From an uncultured Methanolobus sp. (GTDB lineage: Archaea; Halobacteriota; Methanosarcinia; Methanosarcinales; Methanosarcinaceae), in assembly GCA_963675495.1 (NCBI GenBank), contig OY776215.1:1088001-1152000 (forward strand): a stretch of 64,000 bases of DNA, given 5' to 3'. Shown piece after piece: positions 12,489 through 21,465 of this stretch (the first letter of the stretch is position 1; every line of letters starts with the position of its first letter). Under the pieces are notes generated by a model. That model ran no database searches, was not told the origin of the DNA, and saw only the letters and a list, made by a program, of their open reading frames with translations. The position numbers and the translations under genes were made by a program.

Positions 12489-12595
12489 TATGAGGCAATT
12501 CCTCATATCTTCTTTTTTCACACCTTTTTTGTACTATATATTTAACAATATCACTATATTTTACATAGATTAATTATATATCTCCAGCTTTCAAT

Positions 12596-13510
12596 GTGAA
12601 AACATCTTATGCTAATGAAGGTGGGAATATAGGGAATATAGCAGATTTGCACACCCATACATGCTATTCTGACGGAGACCTTTTGCCAGAAGAAGTGGTG
12701 AAGCTGTCGAAAATTAAAGGATTGAAAGCTTTAAGCATTACAGACCACGACACAGTTGATGGGCTGGGCTATGCAAGGAGAGAATGTGAAAAACAAAATG
12801 TGATGTTCATTCCAGGCATTGAGTTTACCGCAGAAACTGAATACTCAGGTATAGAGGTCCACATACTTGGATACAATATAAATCCAGAGGATTATGAATT
12901 GCTTAAAATGACAGACCATGCAAAAGAGAATGCAAAGGATTACTGCCAAAAAGTCTGTTCAGCACTGGAATCATATGACTGGGAAATAGATTACTCCTTA
13001 ATAGGTAATACTAAAGGAATAATCACAAAGCACGATATTACGCTTTCAGTGGTCAACAAGAATATGAGTAACTATGATTTCCATAACAACTGGCTATCCG
13101 ACACATCACCTGTGAATATAATAATGCAGAAATTCCCTGCCAAAAAAGTAATCAGGACCATACACCGGGCAGGAGGGAAAGCTGTTTGTGCACACATATT
13201 AAGAACACTGGAACAGACAAATGATCTGCCACTTTTGCCGTACATGTCAGAATCACTCATAAGATGCGGATTGGATGGATTCGAGGTTTTCTATGCAAAA
13301 AGCAGCAAAAAAAAGGTCCATATGATGTATGACCTATGTTCAAAACAGGGACTTTTGATGACAGGTGGATCGGACTTCCACGGAATTGGAAGAATCGGGC
13401 GGTGCCAATTAGGGGAATACAATACATATTCAAAGTTCAAAGTGAGGGAACTACTCGAACAACTTTGCAATAATAGTAATAATTATGTCAGACAGAAAGT
13501 TATGGCATGA
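12596..13510 (+). CDS. PHP-domain metal-dependent phosphoesterase
   Basis: DLHTHTCYSDG, ITDHDT, GIEF, GGSDFHG; true start may be ATA 12629. Confidence 0.9.
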   Translation: MKTSYANEGGNIGNIADLHTHTCYSDGDLLPEEVVKLSKIKGLKALSITDHDTVDGLGYARRECEKQNVMFIPGIEFTAETEYSGIEVHILGYNINPEDYELLKMTDHAKENAKDYCQKVCSALESYDWEIDYSLIGNTKGIITKHDITLSVVNKNMSNYDFHNNWLSDTSPVNIIMQKFPAKKVIRTIHRAGGKAVCAHILRTLEQTNDLPLLPYMSESLIRCGLDGFEVFYAKSSKKKVHMMYDLCSKQGLLMTGGSDFHGIGRIGRCQLGEYNTYSKFKVRELLEQLCNNSNNYVRQKVMA

Positions 13511-13538
13511 ACTCTTTTTGATTTACCAGGCATAAGGC

Positions 13539-14009
13539 TTATCGTACATACCATTCCAACGGGACAACTATTTCGTCGCCTTTTTTCTTTGAACCAAAAA
13601 GAGGAATCTCAAATTTTGCATCCTCAAGAAGAGTAACTGAAAGACCACAGCTCCCACCCCTTGGAATGCATTGAATTACTTTTGCGTTTAAAGTGAGCTC
13701 TTCACCCTCATTGCCCCAGGAAGGAACTTTGATAGTGATAATACTACCAATATTATCAGGTAAACGATTTTCAAACTGAGAGATTTTCCTGTAGTCCAGT
13801 TCAAAACCGGTTCCTTTAAGGTTGTTCTCAACATCCCGGCAGTTCAGGTCAAGCGCAACTGAAATATCCTCCAGAGAATACCCGGATTCATAGAGGAATT
13901 TAGTAGAACCTTTTTTCAAATGGTCAAGGTCCGAGTATTTAACTGGACGGGTTTCACACAATTGTCGCATCGATTCTAATTTACTCTTACCATTGACCTC
14001 TTTGTCCAA
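13539..14009 (-). CDS. Hypothetical protein
   Basis: GGAGG SD with TTG start; 156 aa, possible small N-terminal HTH (GYSLEDISVALD). Confidence 0.75.
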   Translation of the reverse strand: MDKEVNGKSKLESMRQLCETRPVKYSDLDHLKKGSTKFLYESGYSLEDISVALDLNCRDVENNLKGTGFELDYRKISQFENRLPDNIGSIITIKVPSWGNEGEELTLNAKVIQCIPRGGSCGLSVTLLEDAKFEIPLFGSKKKGDEIVVPLEWYVR

Positions 14010-14059
14010 AAAAAAACCTCCTTAAATGAACTTGTTCTAATTATAGATATAAAGTCCTT

Positions 14060-14770
14060 TTAGTTTGCTTTTCCTCTTATATTGCTTTCAAACCAGTCAA
14101 GTATTGCAAACATCAGATCAGAAGATGACCTTATCAGATCATCCCTCCCACGTATCTCATTTTCTGATTGTACAAACCTGCCTATCACAAGATCAGAACT
14201 ACAGTTTTCTATCAGGCTGTTTACACAATCTTCATCAACCTCTGGATGGAACTGCACTGCAAGCACATTGTCTCCGTAAATAAAACCTTGCTCAGGGCAT
14301 GCTTCACTTTCAAACAGGCATTTTGCTCCCCTTGGAAGACTGAAGGTATCACCATGCCACTGGAAAGCAATAATTTCCTCAGAAATATGAAACAGATCGT
14401 CATCTGCCTGAAATGCTTCAAGTGAGCGAACTTTGTGCCATCCAATTTCCTTAAGTGAGTTTTGTGACACTTTACCCCCCAATAGTTCTGCTATCATCTG
14501 AGCTCCAAAACATATACCATAGACGGCTTTACCAGATTTGATAGCAGTTTTAACAAATTTCTTTTCCTCCTTTAACCATGGATATTCTTCTTCCTGATAG
14601 ACACTCATCAAACCTCCCATTATTATGAGCAGATCGAATTCATGTAACTGTGGAAAAACAGAGTTTTCGTATGGTTTAGTCACAAATATAGAATGACCTT
14701 TATCCGAGGCCCATTCCTTGATGTTACCGAGGGTTTCAAATTCCAGATGTACCAGGCAATTGATTTTCAT
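14060..14770 (-). CDS. Type 1 glutamine amidotransferase
   Basis: GICFGAQ nucleophile elbow, QWHGD, QFHPE; start at MKINCL. Confidence 0.92.
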   Translation of the reverse strand: MKINCLVHLEFETLGNIKEWASDKGHSIFVTKPYENSVFPQLHEFDLLIIMGGLMSVYQEEEYPWLKEEKKFVKTAIKSGKAVYGICFGAQMIAELLGGKVSQNSLKEIGWHKVRSLEAFQADDDLFHISEEIIAFQWHGDTFSLPRGAKCLFESEACPEQGFIYGDNVLAVQFHPEVDEDCVNSLIENCSSDLVIGRFVQSENEIRGRDDLIRSSSDLMFAILDWFESNIRGKAN

Positions 14771-14985
14771 AATTATTCTATCTCGAATGGATTTTTCAAA
14801 TTCTGTTAGTGTATAGTGCGAATAGTATGGGAACTTATGAATAAGCAAGAACAGATTAGTATTTTGCTATTAAGAAATCGATGTGTTGCGCAAATGAACA
14901 CAGTTGTATAGGATTATTTACATATTATTATTAATAGATTAATATTTACTATAAAAATATTTGAAAATTGTGGAAGGATAACATG

Positions 14986-15590
14986 AGATACAAAATAAAC
15001 TCGAAGAGCAGTTACAAATAAAGAATGATTACATTGATTCAACATTATCTCTTCACAGGACAAGGTAAATAGTAATTTAGGAGTTGCAAGAGCCGCTTTT
15101 TATTCAAAAGGGACTCCAAAGATAGTTGATGAACAAATGGTACTTGGAGAAGACTATGTTATTAGTGACAATTTTGAAATCGTTGATAACATCAAAAACA
15201 TGGTTGGCGGAAAAGCTACTGTATTCCAGGTGCAAAACGAAGAAGCTGTAATGATATCCACTAATGTAATAACTGACGAAGGAACCAGAGAAGTTGGCAC
15301 TACTGTATCCCAACCAGTATATGATGCAGTTATCAATAAAGGAGAAAACTTCTATGGAAGAGCATGGGTTGTCAATGCATGGTACATGACTGCATATGAA
15401 CCCATTGAAGATAATGCAGGAAATATCATCCATATAAGAGTCATTAGCTGCCGGAACACAGGAAGTTTCCGCTGCTGTTGAAGAACAAACATCATCCATG
15501 ACAGAGTTCACAGAATCTTCCAGGGAACTGTCTGAACTTGCAGATGGACTGAAATCAAAGCTGGATAAATTCAAATTTGAAAGTGAATAA
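14986..15590 (+). pseudogene. Internally deleted methyl-accepting chemotaxis protein
   Basis: Cache-type sensor segment (GGKATVFQ...FYGRAWVVNAWYMTAYEPI) joined out of frame near 15432 to an MCP C-terminus (AAGTQEVSAAVEEQTSSMTE...LDKFKF*); extra frameshift near 15050; no start or TM segment. Confidence 0.85.
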
Positions 15591-15623
15591 AGGGTTCAAT
15601 GAGCCCTCACTTTCATCTTATTT

Positions 15624-16073
15624 TTATTCTTTTTCATAATCAAGTGTGCATTTGAATTCTTTTTCAGAGCTGGTTATCAGGTAATATGTTGCTGCCAGTG
15701 CAAGAATAAGTACTCCCATGCCTGCAAGGAACAAGGGCTCTGTGCTTTTAATATCAATTATTATCACTTTTCTTATGATTACAGTGACTCCTACAAGAAT
15801 GATAACATCCACGTTCATTGATGATTCCGTGATTATCATTTTTACAGTTTCCAGTAACTCTATACCGATTATAACAAGGAAGAAAAGACCGAATACATCC
15901 AGTATCTGATCCACACCAATTAACAAAATAGGAGGCGTCATCAGATCTTTGATGACTATCCATCCAATTTCCAATGTAGCACTAAGGATAACAAATGCCA
16001 TCATCACAATAATGGTCTTTATGACCAATGTCTGGAACCTGTTTATGTATTTGATTACCACATTATTCACCAA
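15624..16073 (-). CDS. PsiE-family membrane protein
   Basis: FFLVIIGIELLETVK and IIRKVII motifs; four TM segments. Confidence 0.85.
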   Translation of the reverse strand: MVNNVVIKYINRFQTLVIKTIIVMMAFVILSATLEIGWIVIKDLMTPPILLIGVDQILDVFGLFFLVIIGIELLETVKMIITESSMNVDVIILVGVTVIIRKVIIIDIKSTEPLFLAGMGVLILALAATYYLITSSEKEFKCTLDYEKE

Positions 16074-16274
16074 TAAAAGAGCTTAATTCAGGACTAAGCA
16101 CTTACCCATAGTATTCAAAATCATTGCTTAGTTTAGTAATACCCAATGAAGTACTTTTTCTTTTACTGTGAATACTTTTAAAGAAAATATACAGAAAAAC
16201 ATATATTTCACAGTAAACATATGAGTAAGTGGCAGACAAATCTGACCAGTCTATATACGTAGGGGGAACAAAGA

Positions 16275-16949
16275 TTGGTAGTAAACATAAAATTACATGT
16301 TTTCATTATTTTTATTCTTGTTCTGACATTAGTATTTCCAAATATAATACCACAAGAACAATCACTTCATGAAGCTTTTGAAAATATAACTAGTATAACT
16401 AATGAAGCTGTAGAAACTAGCCCTGAACAGGAACCTTTGATGTCAATAGTGGATGACATATCTGTTGAAGATGAAAGATCAGGGTGGTGGAAACATGACG
16501 GACACAGTATTGTAAGTTATGCATCTTCAGAAAATGAACTGAATATAATGAGTTTAAATGATTCAAACGAAGAATCTGATGAGGGAACCGAAAGTGACGA
16601 AGGTTCGGAAAACGATGGAGAATCAAACGAAGGATCCGAAGGTGATGAAAGTTCAGAAAACGATGGAGAATCGAACGAGGGAACCGAAGGTGATGGAGGT
16701 TCAGAAAACGATGGAGAATCAAACGAAGGATCCGAAGGTGATGAAGGTTCAGAAAATGATGGAGAATCAAACGAAGGATCCGAAGGTGATGAAGGTTCAG
16801 AAAATGATGGAGAACCAGACGAGGGAACCGAAGATGGGGAAGAGACAGATGAGGATACCGGAGATAGCACTCAGGAAATACCTGAATTCTCAGCCATATT
16901 GCTTCCTTTCATGATCGCACTTTGCATAGCAATGTTCTTCAGGAAATAG
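16275..16949 (+). CDS. PEF-CTERM surface protein with acidic tandem repeats
   Basis: N-terminal hydrophobic signal, Glu/Asp/Gly/Ser repeats, C-terminal IPEF-TM-RK sorting signal. Confidence 0.88.
   Translation: MVVNIKLHVFIIFILVLTLVFPNIIPQEQSLHEAFENITSITNEAVETSPEQEPLMSIVDDISVEDERSGWWKHDGHSIVSYASSENELNIMSLNDSNEESDEGTESDEGSENDGESNEGSEGDESSENDGESNEGTEGDGGSENDGESNEGSEGDEGSENDGESNEGSEGDEGSENDGEPDEGTEDGEETDEDTGDSTQEIPEFSAILLPFMIALCIAMFFRK
16569..16835 (+). repeat. 48-bp (16-aa) coding tandem repeat, about 5.5 copies
   Basis: Units start at 16569, 16617, 16665, 16713, 16761 and 16809; consensus GESNEGSEGDEGSEND. Confidence 0.92.
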
Positions 16950-16952
16950 ATA

Positions 16953-17936
16953 TTATTTCCTTAGTAGCCGTGAAGAATATATCACAGGGATCTTTAACAA
17001 TTTATTCCTGCCAATGGCAGATATATAGGCCTTTGAACCTGCCACATGGGCAGTATCAAGATTCCCCGGCTCAAAAAGAAGGATGAATGCACCTATGATT
17101 ATGAGGAAGCATCCCTGAATAGTATTCATAAATATAGGTTCGTGAAGGAACAGGAACCCGAAAAGAATACCACTCACAGGTTCGAGCAATGCAAGCACAC
17201 TTACCGTCTGTGCTCTTATTTTTGCAGCACTATTAAGGTAGAGCACTGAAGCAAACGCTGTTGTTACCAGTCCAAATAGAACAAGAGTACGCAGATTCAT
17301 AAAAAGTACATCTGCCGGTACTTTGCTACCAAAAGGTAACAGGATCAGCAAGCTGATAAAAGTTGACCAGAACAACTGAGTGATGCCTGAATATTCATCT
17401 TTGAGATAACTAACAGTCATAATCGTGCCACTATAAGAAATGCCAGACAGGACACCAAGACTAATACCTATCAAAATGTGAGAATCATGCCCTAATGCGT
17501 TGCTTCCTGGTAATATAACAATTAGAATACCAGTTATTGAGATTATTAGGGAAAACATGCCACGTTTTGTAATCTTCTCTTTTAAGAAAAGAGGAGACAA
17601 TAATGTAACGTATACAGGTGCTGTGTAAAGCAACAGGACTGCAATCGAAATACCCACATACTTTATAGAACTGAAGTAAGTATAAAGCGTAAGAACATTG
17701 AAAATTGCAATTAAGAGAATATATCGCTTTTTTTTATTCAAATATAGCATATTATTCTTTTTAGTTATAATACAATAGGCTAATAATAGTATGAATCCAA
17801 AAATAAGCCTGTAAAATATAACAGAGCTTGTTTGCATGTCATAGATATGTTTTATAAAGATTCCACTAGCTCCGAATATAGTACAAGAGATTATAAGTTC
17901 TAAATAAGAGTATTTACTAGTTTTAATAGATATCAT
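16953..17936 (-). CDS. DMT/EamA family transporter
   Basis: Ten TM segments, LLLYTAPVYV, FLKEKI, LALLEPV. Confidence 0.92.
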   Translation of the reverse strand: MISIKTSKYSYLELIISCTIFGASGIFIKHIYDMQTSSVIFYRLIFGFILLLAYCIITKKNNMLYLNKKKRYILLIAIFNVLTLYTYFSSIKYVGISIAVLLLYTAPVYVTLLSPLFLKEKITKRGMFSLIISITGILIVILPGSNALGHDSHILIGISLGVLSGISYSGTIMTVSYLKDEYSGITQLFWSTFISLLILLPFGSKVPADVLFMNLRTLVLFGLVTTAFASVLYLNSAAKIRAQTVSVLALLEPVSGILFGFLFLHEPIFMNTIQGCFLIIIGAFILLFEPGNLDTAHVAGSKAYISAIGRNKLLKIPVIYSSRLLRK

Positions 17937-18077
17937 AAGGATTATGCAGAAACAATTCTATAATATATAAGCAAATCTGAAATAAAAAATCATTAACAAA
18001 TCATATTGCTAAATATAAGATAATAACCTGTAAAATACCCAATTACTAAAAAAGGAAGTAATTGAAAAAATAATGAA

Positions 18078-18928
18078 TCATCCTAATTCAAAACTGGTTA
18101 CACCAAAAATGTTGTTAATTGGAAGCATAGGAATATTTTTGAATACATCCTGCCAGTTTCAAAAACTCTGGACATACCATGAGATCGTGCGATATCCAAA
18201 GCATGGGTATTAGGTTCAGGAAGATCGAAGAACACAGGTGTTTCACCAACTGTAACCAGAAGATCGTTGAATATATTTCCTGCAATCCCAGGGGTTGACG
18301 CAAATAACGGACCTATTTTCGACCCAGTAAAACATGGCCTCATAACACCATATCCCATAATTGTACCAGAATCATCAAGTTTTGCAAATGCACTGCACCC
18401 TTCATGGGAAATCCAGGCACGTAGGAAATTCTCACGACGCGAAGGAAAGTGCAGGCTATCATAATCTAGCAAAGCATCAAATGGAACGTCTGAAACCGGA
18501 ACTAGCCCCTCTGGATATGTTCCTCCTCCAATGCCTTCGAACCTTATGTTACGATCGGTAAAAGTGAAACCAGACCTCTGCTGATATATCTCCTGCATTT
18601 CCATAACCCCGTCACCGCCAATGTTCCTTTTGCCTGCGTGAGACATTGCTTCTGTAAAAATCCTGCTTCTATAACCATGATTCCCGTATTCTGGCTTCAC
18701 AATATAGAAGCCTTCAAATGCAAACTTGTCATCATAAACAACATTTGACATACAGCAGATTGGCACTCCATCAAGATCACCTATAAAAAAACCGGAAGGA
18801 TCGGTAGCATAAAAGCACCCAGCATCATTTATTCCAGGATTTCATCCTTCTTCGTCTGCCCACCTAATGGCAATATCAACATCCGAACGCTTCATAGTAC
18901 GGATCTGAAAAGCCTCGCTTTCACCCAT
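18078..18928 (-). pseudogene. GNAT acetyltransferase pseudogene (two-domain type)
   Basis: AGGTG SD and ATG at 18928; in-frame TGA at 18842-18844 in WADEEG*NPG (normally Trp); frameshift in an A5 run near 18138 displaces the terminal IFGVTSFELG*. Confidence 0.88.
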
Positions 18929-19070
18929 GGCACAACACCTGTAATGGTATAAAAATACAACAACAGATAAGGTTTGGCAAGGTCTATATGTAGAAGATAC
19001 TGAAAATAATTTCAAAAAACAGTTTATGACAAAATTAGAACTGAATATTCAGTAAGAAAAAACTGAAATA

Positions 19071-19094
19071 GTTTTCCTGCAAAAGCAGGAAAAC
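19071..19094 (-). terminator. Perfect 10-bp hairpin followed by a T tract on the minus strand
   Basis: GTTTTCCTGC-TTTT-GCAGGAAAAC then TATTTCAGTTTTTT. Confidence 0.6.
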
Positions 19095-19097
19095 ATA

Positions 19098-19241
19098 TTA
19101 TTGACAATAACCCCATTGACAATAATGTTGACAATAACCCCGGAGCCCTTCCGATACTTTCGGAACGACTGCCCCTAATCCGCTCATACTCCACTTCCCA
19201 CTAAAGTCCCACTTTAACTCGCTCATACTCCTTTGCTTCAT
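19098..19241 (-). CDS. Candidate 47-aa peptide with C-terminal YCQ repeats
   Basis: MKQRSMSELKWDFSGKWSMSGLGAVVPKVSEGLRGYCQHYCQWGYCQ*; stop lies 3 nt before the terminator hairpin. Confidence 0.3.
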   Translation of the reverse strand: MKQRSMSELKWDFSGKWSMSGLGAVVPKVSEGLRGYCQHYCQWGYCQ

Positions 19242-19544
19242 CCTTCCGATATTTTGGAAAGGTGGGCACTTTTCGTTTTTAGATGCCTAGAGGGGGAAGG
19301 CATCGTACCCACAATTCCATGCAATCCAATTCCGTTTTTAACCGGAGGAAATTGGGATGAATTCCATATCGTACCACCGTATGGTGCATTTCATCTGAGG
19401 CAATCTCTGTCTGGCAGATTTTGCCACAATTCATACTACATTATACTACTATATTAATATATCTACACTTGGATATATAATGAGTATCATTATGATGAGG
19501 TGATTTCCGAACCTAAAATCGATAACAATCGATGGAACATTAGT

Positions 19545-19784
19545 TTATTCCGAGCAAAAGTACTCGCCTTTAAGAGCAAATTTACGATATATGAAACACT
19601 CTGAACACAGACACCCTTTTTTCTGTGTGCCAGCATATGCACCTTTAGAACAAAACATAAAGACACCATTTCCAGGATATGATGGGCACGTCGGACAATT
19701 ACATCCTTTGGAATGATGATAGGATGTACATATACCGAAATATTTACCATGCTCCTTTGATGAACATGCCTCTTCACCTGTCGT
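19545..19784 (-). CDS. DUF2769-like Cys-rich small protein (missed by ORF track, near-cognate start)
   Basis: Frame reads TGEEACSSKEHGKYFGICTSYHHSKGCNCPTCPSY...MFCSKG...KKGCLCSEC...GEYFCSE*; GGGGTG SD, 5 nt, then ACG. Confidence 0.8.
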   Translation of the reverse strand, partial: TTGEEACSSKEHGKYFGICTSYHHSKGCNCPTCPSYPGNGVFMFCSKGAYAGTQKKGCLCSECFIYRKFALKGEYFCSE

Positions 19785-19846
19785 AATAACACCCCACTAA
19801 TATATGAAAATAAAAAATCAATGCAAAGAAACTAAAGAAGAAAAGC

Positions 19847-21190
19847 TCAGCCGAGCTTTTCCTGAAGATATTTCTTAAACCCAGAATAATCCGTGCTAAG
19901 ATGATCCATATACTCCTGCTTCCCTTCCACCTCTTTCAGGCTTTGTGGAAGTTCAGGCTCAACTCCTGTTTCATTCTTTACATGTTCAGGGAACTTAGCA
20001 GGATCTGCTGTTTCCAGAGTGACAGCAAGCGTATTATCACCTGTTTGGGATCTGAATTCAAGCAGGCCTTTTACACCGACTGCACCATGCGGCTCGATCA
20101 GTATGCCATATTCCTCATATATCTTTTTTATTGTAGCTTTGGTCTCTCCGTCCGTAACAGAACCAGAGTAGACATCATTCCTGAGCTTTTCCATGTCAGG
20201 CTCTTTGCTGATATCCCCAGTCTCATCCATCTCCCCGCCATAGATGGCGATAAGTCTCGCAAGATTACTGGGGTGACCTACATTCATTGCATTAGACAGA
20301 CAGTTCTTTGATGGGACTATCTTCTCGTAGGCACCAGTACTCAGGAACTGTGGCACTTCATCATTCTCATTCACAGAAGCAATTATCTTCTTTACAGGTA
20401 TGCCCATTGTCCTTGCCAGAATACAGCCCATCATGTTACCAAAGTTACCTGATGGAATGGAAAAGATAATCTCTTCAGGGTATTCCCTGAGTCTTGCATA
20501 AGCATAGATATAGTAGATCGATTGAGGAACCAGACGACCGATGTTTATGGAGTTGGCTGACGAAAGGTTAAGATGTTTAAGTTCCTCATCTGCAAATGCC
20601 TGCTTCACCATTGCCTGACAGTCATCGAACTTACCGTCGATCGAGATGGCGGTAATGTTTCCATTAAGAGTGGTCATCTGCTTGCGCTGGCGATCAGAAA
20701 CCTCATCTGTTGGGAAAAGCACAATGACCTTTATATTGTCAAGACCATAGAATGCGTGTGCTACAGCGCTGCCGGTATCACCAGAAGTTGCTGTAAGGAT
20801 TGTCAGACTTTTGTTTTCCTTGCTAAGATAGTATTGCATGAGCCTTGCCATTATGCGAGCTGCGAAGTCCTTGAAGGATGCAGTTGGTCCCCTGTCAAGT
20901 CTCATGATGTATGTCTGCTTGTCAACTTCCTCGAGAGGAACTTCATAGTTGTAAGCATCATAGGTGATGGCTTTCAGTGATTTGTCATCTACCTCGCCTT
21001 CAAGAACCTTGCTCAGCACCCTGTATGCAATTTCAGGATACGGCACATCCTTGAAGGAGTCTATCTCTTCTTTTGAGAAGGTCGGAAGGCTTTTTGGCAT
21101 GTAAAGCCCTCTGTCCGGTGCAAGCCCAGTTATGAGGGCCTCCTGAAAGCTTACTTCCGGTGCTTTAAGATTTGTGCTATAGAGTTTCAT
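19847..21190 (-). CDS. thrC: Threonine synthase
   Basis: GPTASFKDF PLP lysine, ATSGDTG, ANSINIGRL, PSGNFGN. Confidence 0.97.
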   Translation of the reverse strand: MKLYSTNLKAPEVSFQEALITGLAPDRGLYMPKSLPTFSKEEIDSFKDVPYPEIAYRVLSKVLEGEVDDKSLKAITYDAYNYEVPLEEVDKQTYIMRLDRGPTASFKDFAARIMARLMQYYLSKENKSLTILTATSGDTGSAVAHAFYGLDNIKVIVLFPTDEVSDRQRKQMTTLNGNITAISIDGKFDDCQAMVKQAFADEELKHLNLSSANSINIGRLVPQSIYYIYAYARLREYPEEIIFSIPSGNFGNMMGCILARTMGIPVKKIIASVNENDEVPQFLSTGAYEKIVPSKNCLSNAMNVGHPSNLARLIAIYGGEMDETGDISKEPDMEKLRNDVYSGSVTDGETKATIKKIYEEYGILIEPHGAVGVKGLLEFRSQTGDNTLAVTLETADPAKFPEHVKNETGVEPELPQSLKEVEGKQEYMDHLSTDYSGFKKYLQEKLG

Positions 21191-21465
21191 TTTGATCAGG
21201 AATTCAGTTGATGTGTATTATTATTAGTACAAAGTAAATTATGACCTTTAAAGGATAAATAAGTATGAATACCTTGCCATTCATCCGCGGTCAGATATTC
21301 AATCCATAATTAAAACAAGTAACAATGTTTCTAAATAATGTTCCCAATGTTATTTGCCTCATTATACACTAATATTATTAGTAGTAGCATTATTGCACTT
21401 GATTGCCAGAATGTCAATAAATGAAATCAAGTTGCTTAGTTAAGAAATCAAAAGGTGGGGGTTTA

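Larger units (their letters stand above)
19055..19434 (-). ncRNA. Candidate structured RNA (may also encode a peptide)
   Basis: GC-richer island with at least six hairpins and several duplicated motifs, TATA-like sequence at about 19450-19480, terminal hairpin with T tract. Confidence 0.45.

Noticed and set aside
16417-16914. Three alternative-frame ORFs over the acidic repeat
   Set aside because: By-products of a stop-free 48-bp repeat; only the 16275-16949 frame has signal and sorting sequences
18842-18844. In-frame TGA in the GNAT gene as selenocysteine or Trp recoding
   Set aside because: It replaces a conserved Trp by a single transition, the gene has a second lesion, and TGA is a normal stop elsewhere in the window
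19098-19260. Repeats as a CRISPR array or as replication-origin ORB boxes
   Set aside because: Repeats are 10-19 bp with irregular short spacing; TTCC-GGAA spacing does not fit ORB and no cdc6 gene is adjacent
19038-19269. Pyrrolysine read-through of a TAG joining two short frames in the structured locus
   Set aside because: No SD-linked start, no recognisable product, and the frame runs through the terminator hairpin
19490-19792. 100-aa ORF from the track
   Set aside because: Shadow frame of the DUF2769-like gene at 19545-19784
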